Positions 13,636 to 27,088 are shown, numbered from the stretch's first letter. The stretch is DNA of 64,000 nucleotides from Octopus sinensis (GCF_006345805.1 NC_043002.1:15562001-15626000), one strand, 5' to 3'. Notes: generated from the sequence alone by a model not told the origin. Numbers and translations are program-made.

Positions 13636-14425
13636 CTTGGTCCGATCAATAAGTATCCGGATTGTTGCCATAATAAAGAAAGAATAAAGGCACATATTCA
13701 CCTTGAATTCTACTGTGCATGCGCTTTGTTTTAAAGTTCTAGTTCACCACCGATGCTAACAGAAGATTACTTGGACGAAACGTGTTTCGCGTGTGAACAT
13801 GACAGAAAGTTGAGCAGAGAATCTGCATCAAATTCTGCCAAAAGCTTTGCCATACCTTCTCAGGAAAACTAAGCAAAGTTTTCAAGAAGTTTTCATCATT
13901 CGCAACACAATGAAAAAAATCTCATGCAACTGAAACCTGAGAGTCCTTTTTGGTCGGCCGAAATCAATTTTGGCACAATCGTGGCACACACATATCTCAT
14001 ACACAAATCTTCAGTGATAATGGACTGGACTGAACCGTAATAAATCTGCACGCCTTCTGCTAGTTGCAGGTCTCCCAAAACGTTCGTTAATATCGATATT
14101 TTTCGGCCATATTGGAAACAGCTGAAAACTCATATACTTGTGTGCAGCTCATACAGCCCTCATCATACACTTTCTGCAACATTGCGTAGGTCCTTGAGCA
14201 GGTTTATCGCTTCGGCAACTTTCTCTGTCTTGGTCAATGCGACGATCACACGCTATACATCTTCCTTCCAAACACTACTGTAAACAGCGAAAATTAGCCA
14301 GAACGTGACCACTTAGTACACATACACATTAGCGTACAAGGTCAATCAGTACCAAGCAGCTTTTCCCTGCGTGCTTTATCTTCGTTACTGCGGCAAAAGT
14401 CCGGATAGTTCTTGATCAGACCATA
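13636..14425. mobile_element. Non-autonomous mariner derivative made of two opposed 5' halves
   Basis: Imperfect TIRs tggtccgatcaataagtatccgga and tccggatagttcttgatcagacca. The + strand gives MT..EQRICIKFCQKL. The - strand gives MLQKVYDEGCMSCTQVYE and YGSVQSIITEDLCMRYVCATIVPKLISADQK (mariner EDLxMRxVxAKxVPKLLS motif). Confidence 0.8.
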
Positions 14426-17114
14426 TATAATTTTTTTTTATATGTTCGATTATAAACGGACATGACATGACACAATTCGTGCCCCCAAAAAGTGTCTCGG
14501 GAGAAATTCTCCACGATAACTTCTGCAAATACATTTTGCTTTGCATTGTGGGTATGGACATTAAATCCTAGAACTCGTGCAATTCCGTGTTGTTCCGTTT
14601 TGAACTCAGCAAAGAGATTATTGTTTTCCTGATATTCTTTTGATGTTATATAATAAATCTTTCATGAATCCAAGCCAGTATTTTTCCAGAGTATCATTAC
14701 AAGTAGCAAACTTTACAGAATATTTAAAGGATGTTAATATACACTTGCCCATGACTAAAGGAAGAATTAGATTGAGTGTTAAGAACTGAATGCCTATTTC
14801 TGACCTTAGGTGTTAGCAAAATTATGGAACGCATTGTCAGATGTAACTAGAACATATTCTTTGAAGAAAATAGTTTGTTTACAAAGACGCAGATTGGATT
14901 AAGCACAAGAACGACTAACCTTACAAAGCTACTGCACCATTGTGCCTGGGTACTGAATCAACAGCTCGAACATTGAAATGTGTTTGCAATACATTTCGAT
15001 TTCGCTAAAGCATTCGTGTAAATTAGCCACTCACAAAGTGGGTACATTTTGTGAAATTATGTCACATAATACGCGAACTCTCTCTACGGATTGAATTGAA
15101 AAAATGGGCACGTTTGTCCAAATAACAGCTCCAAGAGGAGTAATTTTGGAAACAGGAATGGAAAATGAGTTTGAAATATACAAGCATTCACACTGACTGC
15201 GTTGACCAACCCTATATACACTCTCTGACTGAAAATAGCGAAGGAAATATGTGTATATATGTATATATATATATACATGTATATATGTGTGTGTTCCTGT
15301 GTGTTTGTGTTTAACTGTGTATGTGTAGTGTGCGCGCAAGTATGTGTGTGTATCGTTATGTAAGACTGTATCTAAGCATAGATGCATGTATCTACTACAG
15401 TCAATTGTATGAGTCGTGGTACTACATTCAATTGAAATGCAGTATGACTACCAACAACTTTCTCTTTTCTAGACGTTATATACAGCAAGCTATTGGCAAA
15501 ATATGACATAAATGCAAGGTATCTATGTATCTCTCTCTGTATGCAAACACACGCTCACATACACACACACAAATATATATACGCATGCATTTATATAGAT
15601 ATACAGCTTTTCACATTTATATATGTGTGTGTGTGTGTATACATATATATATATGATATATATGTAAGTATGTATGTATTGGTGTATTTATGTACATTAA
15701 AATTTATCGAAGTATTTTTCAATATACACTCAGTAATTTGCATTTAACTTGCTACATTCTCAGCCACTTTATATAACTTTTCTAATCTTTTTCTAATGTT
15801 TGTGCAAACTTACGTTTCTATCACGTACCAGCGAATTTCTTTTGCCTTCCATTTCAATTATATGTATTTACTTTTTACATATTTTCCTTGCTATTTTTAT
15901 CTTGGAATGCCTTTAGCGGGAAAGCATTTCTTTTCATTTTTTCTTTTTAAATTAGAATAGTACACACATATATACATAAATATTTAGTTATATTCTCCAT
16001 CTCCCTTGCTCACTTTATATGAATATAGTTGTGTATGCATATGCTTAAATGTATACATATGCACATATGTGCATATATTTCTACATCTGTCTACTTATGT
16101 ATCCCTCTGTAAATCTATCCATCTATCGATCATCTCTCTGTCTGGCTGTATGTCTCTCACGCATTTTCGCTATCTCTCTCACTTTCTCTCCCTCTCTGAT
16201 ATATATATATTATATATATATATATAATATATATATATATAATATATATATATATATAATCTCTGTGCATAAAAAATCTTGTGTATATAGAGATATGTAT
16301 GCATATGTTTGAATATTTGCATATATACATATATGTGTGTTTCTTTCTGAGACTGCGAATGTGTGTGTGTGTGTGTGTGCTTCTCTGCATGTGTGTGTTT
16401 CCGTGTGTATATATGTGTGAGAGCATGTATGTATATGTGTGCGTATATTACCTTCAATTCACAATCAAGAAAATTACTATCCTCTCTCCTTTTCTCTCCC
16501 TCTCTCTTACTCTAATTCGCTCTCTCTCTCTCTCTCTCACACAATCTCTGGTATCTTCACGCTCATACACATACACCCGTGCCCATACGCTCCTAGAATA
16601 CGCATACAAAAATATTTTGCATCGGTAAAATGAAGTAGCCTCATCACGTATAACCTTGTAGGTATATTCATTTTTATTTACGATTTTTGGCCTTAAGTAT
16701 TTACATTTAGTCTCTCCGTTCTTTTAATTTTTTTTTTATTCTCTTCTTTTTCTTACTTCTCTGAATATGTATTCATCACCAAGTATTGGTATTGCCGATG
16801 GTGAAAACCACACCGTTACCTATTTAATGCGTCCGTGTTGTATGTTCCTGTTGTTATTGCGTATGATTAACCTGTGTCGTATATGTATTCTCAGTTGGTG
16901 CCGTGATTCCACCTTAATTCAGGATTATCTTGAATGCTAACCAAATTTCAGAAAAATACTTAAGAGTGGACAATCCATTTGCTAATCTCAGTCACACTAA
17001 GATTTATAAGACTCGAGGGAATACTGTAATTATCCTTAGTGACACTCGCTTCACAAGCAGCATAAACTATCACAATTTGACTACTACAATCAATACCAGC
17101 AACAACAACGCTGT

Positions 17115-17490
17115 GGAGGCGCAATGTCCCAGTAGTTAGGGCAGCGGACTCGCAGTCGTAAGAACGCTGTTTCAATTCGCAGACCGGGCATTGTGAATGT
17201 TTATTGATCAAAGACACCAAACCTCCACGAGCCTCCGGCGGGGCGTGGATGAACCCCGCTGTCTCTTTATTCCTATTTCTGCCACAAAGTAGAGAAACCA
17301 TAGTGAAACCGACTATGGTGTAGTAAACTTATAGACCCTAGTCTAGATTCCGAATCCTCTGTACCCCAGGATGGTTCAAATCTCCCTCCGTTAAAAGCCA
17401 CCGTTTACGGAATGAGGATAACAGCATAGCTATCGCGCCCGTGCAACCGCCAGTCTATCGCGTGTGGCGGGGGGATCTTCAAGTTGCCAC
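17115..17490 (+). mobile_element. tRNA-derived SINE with family E head and a different body
   Basis: ggaggcgcaatgtcccagtagttagggcagcggactcgcagtcgtaagaacgctgtttcaattcgcagaccgggcattgtga matches the family E head. The 3' boundary is uncertain. Confidence 0.6.
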
Positions 17491-18129
17491 ACGTTTTCTT
17501 AGTAGCTTAGAGTAGGCTCGAATTAGTGATTATTCTCTGTGGTTAATGGAGTGAGTCTTGATTGCAAGAAGACAACAACTCTCTCACTAGGATCATGATC
17601 ACATTCATTCCGGTAGACAGTTATCTATTTTGAAGGGAATATGAAACGTTAGTTGCTGTACACTTTCACTTTTGTGTCTTCATAGATTTCCTGGTTTTAT
17701 TTATGTTTATGTCTGCACGGTCTAGGTAACAAAAACGATGTAGATCAATGTTGGACCTGCAAAACCGAGTCAAACCGCAACAATTTAAGGCACGGTTGCG
17801 AAGCAAAACTGTGTTCAAGCGTAACATTTCAAGAAGTTTTAATTCCAGCATCAAATTCAGTTCATCGCATAGTGCTGATGTATGGCGAATAAATGTACAT
17901 AGCCCCCAAATGTGCTAACATTTCATAAACGTGTTCCTCAAAGATATCCTGAAGATTGTGAGTCCAGAAATTTGGAACAACGAAAAACTCTCATTCAAAC
18001 ACATGTAAGAACATATCTAGGTACCAGCAGCAAAATCAAGGTAGAGATAAGATAAATAAGCCAGGGGTTAGAGGATCAAAGATATATTTTGCAATGTCAG
18101 CTCTGGATAGCATATATTATGGGGAAATG

Positions 18130-19232
18130 GAGTCTCTATCTCCGTGGATCAATTAGCACAAATCAAAAGAATAGGATGTGAAAATAACCTGGAGGCCATA
18201 CAAACGAGCGAGAAGGTTAACCATCATGAACGAATACCTTGGAAGTCTGCAGCAGTAAGCATGTGTATCAACATAGTTTAAATTGTTAATGATGATTACA
18301 ATTGCCAACAGTATTATTATTGAATCTGGCAATGCTGAATTCAACTATCAATTTAGCTTTTCTCCGTAAGCTCTAGATATTTTGCAAGTAAGGTTTATTT
18401 TTTTATTTTCCAAATTTCGAATATTTCCCGAGATATGATACAATCCATCTGATTATATCAAACTAGGTGGAAAAGAACAAATATCTATGCATTCAGATTC
18501 TAACTTTATTCATATATACGAGTTAGTACACCCCTCAATGAGAAGTAGACTATAAAAATTATATTTCTTATTCTGATACTGTGTAAAATAAATGTTATTA
18601 TGTGCCAAGTGTTTTGCAGTTTGGTCAAGTAGAAGTTTATCTTGCAGCGTTGACGCTAAACTTTCAGATGTTTTGGAGAGTCCCAAATCATACACTAGAT
18701 CATTCAGTTTTCTTTTGCTAAAATCTTAAAGAGTAGTCTTTGAATTCTGAAGTAGTATTGTTATTTTTATCTTCATTATCATCTTCGTGCTTTTTTTTTT
18801 TTGCTAGCTTCTTCATCAGAAGAGGTAAACCCAAGGAAATCTGAAATCGGGAGTGTCTCGGAGTGCATAATAGGTTCAAATGCTGAGGAAATAATGGAAT
18901 AAGATATTTTACGCATATTTTTCATGCCGATCCATTTTGTGTTGGCCATAGAAATATAACGGTCACTTGTGTGGTCCTTGGTCTCTGGCCAAACCAAAGG
19001 AGTTTCAATCGATAAACCATTTCGGTTTGTCTTTTGTCTAGTCATGAAACATTCCCTCATAGTTATGACACACAACATGAGGGGTCCTTTTTTGGTTTTC
19101 TTGGGAAATTCCAAAATAGGCTTTATAAACTCCTCTTACAAACAATGTGATATTGCGCCATCGACGAAAAAATTACAAATATAGCAGGAGCCATAAGCAT
19201 CATTCACACATCTATGCTCTAAAAAGCCATGA
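18130..19232 (-). pseudogene. Degenerate Chapaev3-like (CMC superfamily) DNA transposase, N-terminal half
   Basis: Cross-frame translation gives RCVNDAYGSCYIC, ITLFVRGVYKAYFG...PHVVCH, PLVWPETKDHTSDRY, ISYSIISSAFEPIMHSETLP, KLNDLVYDLGLSK..ESLAS.L, GLQ..FT...LC. This is the FCYICG / KAYFG / WREPxxHxxDCYFC / LNDLVRDLGLSK motif series. The family name is from memory of this motif set. Confidence 0.65.
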
Positions 19233-19699
19233 TCACATCTGAAAAGACTCAATTGTCAATTCTTTCTAAGTAATAAAAACAACTCGTTTTCAAATTGGAA
19301 GGAAACTAAAGCATGGAGGGCAAAACCGGTTACAGATTTTAAATTAGCCCACAAAATGAGGGAATCATTAAAAGAAATTCCATGCAACAGAATGTTTTTT
19401 TTAAGTAGTTGTCTTGTCCTATATACCAATGTCATTTGCCGAACATTTATCACCTAACTCTATGTAATATGTTTATAGTTTAAGTGAATTTACTGCTGAA
19501 GACAAACTTTAATTGTATTACCTATAGCAACTTTATAAACACGTTCTATAGAAACTAGTTTGTACAGAACAAGATATAAAGAGTATGTATGTGCACCTGC
19601 AAGACGACACGTATATGACTAGTGAATTTATTTCATTTATGCACTTATTGTATCACATTTAACTCTAGGAACCTGTACAAGAGCCAGAGAGATTATATT

Positions 19700-20720
19700 A
19701 AGATTTCATGAAAATTATCACATTCTATAGAATGAATTTCCATCACAAGGTACTTGATATACGATACAATAATTTGTAAAATGTGTCAGTCAACTTATTT
19801 GTCGAGTGTAAAACAAATTTTAAAGATAAATATTAAGGATATGTTCTTAATTTTTAGAAAACAACTCATTCAGTTCAATATTCTGCTGATTCCTCGACAT
19901 GCATATTCTACGAACTTGCAGCGTTGAAAAACTGGAAATGTAGAGAGCAGATTTTATTAATATCTTTTGATATTCCTTAAACTTTCCTTCCTTTGTGGAA
20001 CCGATAACAAACCAGTCTTCCATGTGAGTGCTCTTTTATTGAAAGCTTATTTTAGAACGCTTGCAACATCAGTGCTTGTTTCTACAGGTCTTCAAACTAT
20101 AGTTATCCCCCTTAAATCATAATGGAAAAGTAAATGGTTTTGAAAGTAGCTTATAAATTCGTGTTCAAAATGCACATCACCTATTACAAAATAGCACTTT
20201 CCTTTCGGTTTTTCTAAGACTGTTTCAAAATGAGATCGAAGCATTGAGAAATAAATGTAGTTTACGATTCAGCTAACAAATAATATAGTTACAAATATTT
20301 AATTTGCAAGCTTTTTCCACCTTCCTGACATGGGTTTTACATACGGATGCCAAAGTTACAGAAGTTCAAGAACCCTAAGAAAGCTACTATTTTGTGCATC
20401 ACAATTCAAATGAAAATACCACCACGGTAATCGAAGCTCCATTCTATCGAAAATAATCTGTGAATTAGACAGTGAAGACATTACTCATATCAGCCCCCAT
20501 TCTTCTGAAATAATTTTTTTGTAAAGAAAAATACACGAAGGCTTCTGATTCAACGGATCGTTCGAGAACTCTGTTGGGCATTTAATTCAATTTATTGTGT
20601 TTGCAATGATCATACTTAATAATTCACTCCCCGTAATTTCTAAATTTTCTATACTATACCATTTAATTCTTTCCTGTTTATGTCTCTGAAATGAATTCGG
20701 TAAACAAAATAAAGTGTTTC
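19700..20720 (-). pseudogene. Degenerate hAT (DUF4371/ZMYM-type) transposase remnant, copy 1
   Basis: The minus strand gives SFLRVLELL*LWHPYVK...LYYL.ES*TTFIS...KGKCYF, resembling the hAT GNFLxLVELLxxxDP...YLSxxSQNEFI...AKYYS region. Homologous to 22598-23110. Boundaries are approximate. Confidence 0.55.
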
Positions 20721-21144
20721 TTCTATATACAAACCTTCACATGAACTTCACAGTTTTGTTCTCCGTATATAGACACGCCAACTGGAATACAATAGATGCT
20801 CTCACTTAATTAAGTATATTTTGGTAAGGTTACATGTACTTTACGTGTATGTATTTCAAATTTTTGTGTTCAGTGTATTTCAATACTAACTTTCTAATAT
20901 CATCCACATAATCTGTGTCTTCTAATATCATGGCTTTAAATGCATGATATACTGGTTGACTTCTTTTACGATTTCAGATGAAACATGATCGAAATTTTCA
21001 CAATTATCTTTCTTCAAAACCGTTTTATTTCCAGTATTTTTATTAGAAGGTGGATCATCCCACCACACATACACACATACACATAAAGATACACACCCCA
21101 CACAACCACACAGGTACACCACAAAAACACACTCACACACATAT

Positions 21145-21350
<206 letters not shown>

Positions 21351-21949
21351 TAGATAGATATATTTATACATATGTGTGTGTGTAAGCATATATGTGCGTT
21401 CATGCTCCCATACATCTTTCCTCCTCCATGTTGTTGACCCCACAAAATGTTCTTAGTATCTACACCTCCTCTTTCAGTAGAGACACTTTTCTATTTCCTG
21501 TTCCTTTTATATATCCTTTCCTAAGTCATCTTTTTCCTTTCTTCCTTCCGCTATTTTCTTTTCTCTTTTATCACTAATAACGTGTCTTATATATTTCTTA
21601 ACCATTCTGCTATCTTCCTTTGTCTTTCTCCATACTCTTACATGGAAACCCCTTTTTTTGTTACCTATTTATTTTCCACTTTCATCTACTTATAACTTTT
21701 CCTTTTCTTCTACTTGTTTTAATTTCTTTGACGCATTTATAAGAATGTGTAAGATGACTGCTGAAGAGAGCCTCCATGCCAACATGTATTTAAATATGCA
21801 ATGGTAATTATGTATGAAGGTTTCTTCCGCACATTCATCATTTGACTTCATTCCATTTACATATAGATTTACTTGAATTTACTGATAGGTAAATATATGC
21901 TTTTTCTTCTGTTCACTACGTCGAATTTAAGTTACTCAGATGCTAGCGT

Positions 21950-23150
21950 GTGCAGAAGTATTGAACCAGATAAGTAATATGTAAGTGCATCTAGAAAAGG
22001 ACCCGTATTTAATTGGTGCGTTATTTAACTCCTGCTCTTAGTTATTAGATTTAGCTTCCGAATATTCTGCATGAGTCAGTTAGATACTATTAAGACTCCA
22101 TGAATATTTATTACATCCCCTAGAATAGCTTTTAACGTAGAGTAAGTGATATAAGATGCTATCATTGGCAGTCTATGTGTATGAAACTTTTTGCTACATC
22201 TTTTTGTTTCTCAGAAAAATATTAGACATTTTCTTCATTTTGAGAAAAAAAGGTAGCACTTTAAATAAAGTATTCTGTTGAATCCTCGACGCAATTATTT
22301 AATGTGCTGCATCAAAAACGTGAGAAGAATATAGTGGGCCATTTTATTTATATCTTTTGAAGGCCTTTCTTTTTGCCATTTTGGCACCGATATCATATCA
22401 CTGATTACATCATTCTCCCATGCGAATACCACTTTATTCAATGGTTCTTTTAAAGGAGTTGCAACGTCAGAATTTATTTTCACAAGTCTCTAGAAGTTTC
22501 CTATCTCCTCTTAAATCATAAACTGAAAGTAGATGCTTTGAACATAGGTTATGATAAACATCTATACAATATGTACAGGTGTAGCATGAACACTCACCGA
22601 ATAGCATTTTGCCTTTGATCCTTCAGTGCGTGATCCAAAGTGCGATTGAAGTAGAGAAATAAATGTATTTTGTGATTCAAATGGCAAATAATATAGATAC
22701 AACAGGTTATTTTTCCTGGATTTCTTTGACCTTCCTGACATAGACTTCACATACGGATCCTAATGTTACAAACGTTCAACTAGCTTAAGAAATCATTCAT
22801 TGTGTGTATCGCCACTTTGATGAAAATACCACATGATTCTAAGGCTCTTGCAATAAAAAAAAATATATATGAATTAGACGAAGAAAGAGCATTGGGTAAA
22901 GTAGTCCGCTTCTAATAAAACTTCATTTTATAAGAAGACTCCATAAAGCTGTCTGAATGAACTCTTTGTGTGAGTCTCCTTCTGTGATACATAATTCAAT
23001 TTATACCGTTTACAACGATCATTCTCAGGAATTCTCTTAGGGAAATGTATCCATCTTCTACACTAGAACATTTAATTCATTGTTGTTTAAGTATGTGAAA
23101 AGAATTGACATTTCGAAGATGAAGGGGAAAAAAAAGTATTTCTTGCTTCA
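21950..23150 (-). pseudogene. Degenerate hAT (DUF4371/ZMYM-type) transposase remnant, copy 2
   Basis: FLKLVERL*H*DPYVKSMSGRSKKSRKNNLLYLYYLPFESQNTFISLLQSHF...AKCYSVSVHATP and SKDINKMAHY match the hAT consensus motifs (SQNEFI, AKYYSIxVDxTPD, IxDINxxA). Boundaries are approximate. Confidence 0.6.
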
Positions 23151-23894
23151 CCATAATTTACAATCTCAGAAAATCGTTTCACCATTCTGTTTTCTGTATA
23201 TAACAATGGCAACTGACAAAAAAGCATAAAGAAAAAAAGTTGCAGCTCACGTATGAAAGCATACGTTTAGCCAGGTTACGTGTACTTTTCTGCGAATAAC
23301 TTTCCTGTTGCTTTTCGGCGGTGTTTAGTAAGAAATATTCAGTATGAGTTGTGTAATCTGCGATCTCGTATTTCGCTTTTCATAAGTTGGATTTAATTTC
23401 CTGATATAGTTGTTAATTTCTTTGGGCGTTGTAGGTGCAACATCAGCAAGAATGTCACTTTGACGTTATTCAAAAGCGTTTTCTTACCAGTTAATTATTG
23501 AAATGACGTATGATATTTGGCTGATTTGGCTATGTATATATGTATATATGTATGGATGGATGGATCTATGTATGTATGTATAGATGGATAGAGGTGTGTA
23601 TGTATGTTGGTTCTATCTATCTATCTTTTTATCTCTGTGTGTATGTGTGTATCGGTATGTTGTGGCATCCACATCATGAACAGGCCGAAAAAGGGATAAT
23701 AGATCGTCCCGTGGTTCTTATACTGAGGTGGCACCATGGGCAAGTGACACCAACTCCGTGCTCAGGATGGTACGAAAACGTCGGAAGCAGAATGTTAGAT
23801 AATCGACAAGGTGAATGAGTCATAAAACAACGGCCAAGCGGAAGATTTCTATCATCCGACATTGATTAGACGCCAACTAGAAAATGCATACTGC

Positions 23895-24131
23895 ACCCAT
23901 ATTTCCAAATGTGAATTATCCAAACCTCTAAGAATTCCTTCGTCAGCCACTAAGGGTCATGATCAACTGGTTAGGGTCAGGCAACTGACAAGCAAATGTG
24001 TGCTATTGAGCAGAATATTTGCTGCAGACCATCTTTTATACCAAGACAAAACAATGTACATGATAACACTTTCCAATCAGTTAAGATCAGAATCCAAGAG
24101 AGCCACTGTCTGATACAGCATCAGGGCATTC
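23895..24131. mobile_element. Fragment of trinucleotide-microsatellite-associated SINE-like family F
   Basis: Homologous to 51520-51802 (gtcagccactaaggg...gacaagcaaat...ccaatcagttaagatcagaa...agggcatt), followed by (TAC)n. Confidence 0.75.
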
Positions 24132-24133
24132 AT

Positions 24134-24169
<36 letters not shown>

Positions 24170-24254
24170 ACTACTACTACTACTACTACTACTACTGTTG
24201 TTGTTATTGTCGTCGTTGTTGTTGTTGTTTATTATCGTTATTATTATTATTCGA

Positions 24255-24665
24255 TGTAAACTCTTTGCATCATACCGATGCTGAGTATGATGGAAAGTGT
24301 TAGTTGTTCTACCTTTACATTTGTACCAATCTTTTTCAACAATGTTGGTAGTTGAGTACTGTGATACTTTGACGTGCGCCAGTTACTATTGCGATTACAT
24401 CTACTCCCCTCATTGAGCACAACCTTCGTATTTCTCACTTCTATTCTTCGTAGTTGTTCAGTTTCTCTCCTCCTCTTTGATCCTGTTGTTGCCGGGACAT
24501 GCTTTATCGATTATGATGCACGTTCTTTCATTTTTATCATGTCAACAATGTCTAACGTCCGATTCCTGGTCAGGTGATCGTATCAAATCATTGCACCCCA
24601 CAGGATGCTGCAATCTTTATTCTCAGTGATCTCGCCTGTTTTTTCTCATACCACATCTTTCCTTA
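24255..24665 (-). pseudogene. Degenerate R4/Dong-clade LINE endonuclease (RLE) remnant
   Basis: The minus strand translates to ENKDCSILWG...LDIV...CIIIDKACPGNNRIKEEE...NYEE*K*EIRRL.SM.GVDVIAIVTGA. The 3' end abuts (TAA)n. Confidence 0.8.
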
Positions 24666-24812
24666 AGGACAAATTCTTAAGGATAACGTTACATAATGCT
24701 ATACGAATATGGACCCGGTAAATTGAATCTGATGAAGGGTGCAGAAACGTACGGTGTCATTCACTGTTACAGCCTGTTAATTTCCATCCCCTGGCAAATG
24801 CTTTTCATCATC
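24665..24812 (+). mobile_element. Short dispersed repeat (family P4) with a hammerhead-like CTGATGA...GAAACGTA motif
   Basis: Near-identical reverse copy at 44040-44182. Both end in (ATC)n-type repeats. Confidence 0.65.
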
Positions 24813-24998
24813 ATCATCATCATCATCATCATCTTCTTCATTGTTATTGTTGTTGTTGTTATTGTTATTATTATTATTGTTATTATTATTAATATTATTG
24901 TTATTATTATTGTTGTTATTATTATTATTGTTGTTATTATTATTATTATTTTTATTATTATTGTTATTATTGATATTATTATTTTTATTGTTGTTGTT

Positions 24999-25029
<31 letters not shown>

Positions 25030-25199
25030 TTGTTATTATTATTGTTATTTTTATTATTATTGTTATTATTATTATTATTATTATTGTATTATTATTATTA
25101 TTATATTATTATTATTATATTGTTATTATTATTGTTATTAATGTTATTATTGTTATTATATTATTATTATTGTTATTTTTATTATTATTATTATTGTTA

Positions 25200-25233
<34 letters not shown>

Positions 25234-25449
25234 GTTTATTATTGTTATTATTGATATTATTATTATTATTATTGTTGTTATTATTATTATTATTATGATT
25301 ATTAGTATTGTTGTTATTCTTATTCTTATTCTTATTCTTATTCTTATTATTATTGCTATTATTATTATATTATTATATTGTTATTATTATTATTGTTATT
25401 ATTATTATTGTTATTAATGTTATTATTGTTATTTTTATTATTATTATTA

Positions 25450-25536
<87 letters not shown>

Positions 25537-25590
25537 TGAGGAGGAGGAGGAAGAAGAAGAAGAGGAACAGGAGGAGGTGGAGGTGGAGTA
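24806..25590. repeat. Compound trinucleotide microsatellite block: (ATC)n, (TTG/TTA)n, (TTATTC)n, (AGT)n, (GAG/AAG)n
   Basis: Direct reading. It is the source of the poly-I/L/Y ORFs. Confidence 0.95.
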
Positions 25591-26682
25591 GGAGCAGCAG
25601 CAACAGCTTGTTTATTTATCAAGAAGGATTACAGTTGAATCTATTACAGTATTATTGCCTCCAAAAACATAAAAAAGTAAATAAATAAATCATAAATAAA
25701 ACTGTGACAGGATTGAAAAAAATTAAAATAAAATATAGCGTATCGGAGCCTGAAATTGGTAGAAGACTTTTAATATTTACTTATCCAAATCAGGTTTTAA
25801 ATTCATCGAACAGAGGACAACGTTTCCCTGTAAAATTGTGCATTGAGAGAAAATTTATTTCAGCAATATTGCAATTTAAGAGATTGTTTGTTTCAGCATC
25901 TAAATCAACAATAGTAACACTAGCACAACCATATTGTTCCTTGAAGTATATTTCATGCCAACTGTGTCTATCTCGGAGATCTGGAAAATAATATACTATC
26001 TATAATCAAAGACCCACGCTTGAAAGTTGGTGATGCTTTCAAAACCTTCTTAAAAAGGAAACACCTCTGAGGCCTTCGATCACCACTGTCGACGGTTATC
26101 TGCTTGCAAATAGTTACTTTACCAACAGAAGTCATAGAGAATTGTTTCGCAATTACCGATCAAGGATAAGCTAAAACGAGTACAGCTTGGCAATAGTGTC
26201 ATCGCCCACTTTCTCTCACAAGGCCAAGAAATGTGACAGGCACCGTAAAAACACCCCATTTACAGCTTTTACATTTCCTCTTCTTCAACGCCGTCGATTG
26301 CTAACAAGAATAAATGTAAAGAGACCTGAGTTCTACAGCGTAACGACTTGTAGCAGTTACCACAAGGAATTGCACATTATATACATTATTTATATTCGAC
26401 GGAGATTTGTTCTCATCTTGTTTGTTGTTAATACAACGTTTCAGCTGATATACCCTCCAGCCTTCATCAAGTGTCTTCGTGAAATTTCGGACCTTGGTTC
26501 TCATTCCTATATATAGAACTGCATGAGGAATTGGATTGAAAGTTCAATCACTCGGACCATTTCCACTATTCGATGAAATATTTCTTGATCGAGATATAAT
26601 TGTTATTTTTTTATAATTGTACTATAACAGATTTGTTTTACCAGGACTATTATGAAGCAAATCATAAAAAACAATATATATA

Positions 26683-27088
26683 GGCGCAGGAGTGGCTGTG
26701 TGGTAAGTAGCTTGTTAACCAACCACATGGTTCCGGGTTCAGTCCCACTGCGTGGCATCTTGGGCAAGTGTCTTCTGCTATAGCTCCGGGCCGACCAATG
26801 CCTTGTGAGTGGATTTGGTAGACGGAAACTGAAAGAAGCCTCTCGTATATATGTATATATATATATAAATATGTGTGTGTGTTTGGTGTCTGTGTTTGTC
26901 CCCCTAGCATTGCTTGAAAACCGATGCTGGTGTGTTTACATCCCCGTCACTTAGCGGTTCGGCAAAAGAGACTGATAGAATAAGTACTGGGCTTACAAAG
27001 AATAAGTCCCGGGGTCGATTTGCTCGACTAAAGGCGGTGCTCCAGCATGGCCGCAGTCAAATGACTGAAACAAGTAAAAGAGTAAAGA
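26683..27088 (+). mobile_element. tRNA-derived SINE, family D (full length)
   Basis: ggcgcaggagtggctgtgtggtaag (A box), gggttcagtccc (B box), gccttgtgagtggatttggtagacggaaactg middle, internal (TA)/(TG) tract and tail gactgaaacaagtaaaagag. Confidence 0.9.

Noticed and set aside
22592-22759. Apparent AG...GTGAGT-bounded exon
   Set aside because: The peptide and its stop-ridden upstream continuation match hAT transposase motifs, so the splice signals are probably coincidental.
24696-25688. Long poly-Ile/Leu/Tyr/Asn ORFs (up to 200 aa)
   Set aside because: These are translations of trinucleotide microsatellites. The same applies to the many IYIY/HTHT/CVCV ORFs throughout the window.
25795-25980. 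Minus-strand open stretch (LRDRHSWHEIYFKEQYGC...) after a ttttccag acceptor
   Set aside because: It ends in an in-frame stop before the nearest donor, has no recognisable homology and has alternative weak splice readings.
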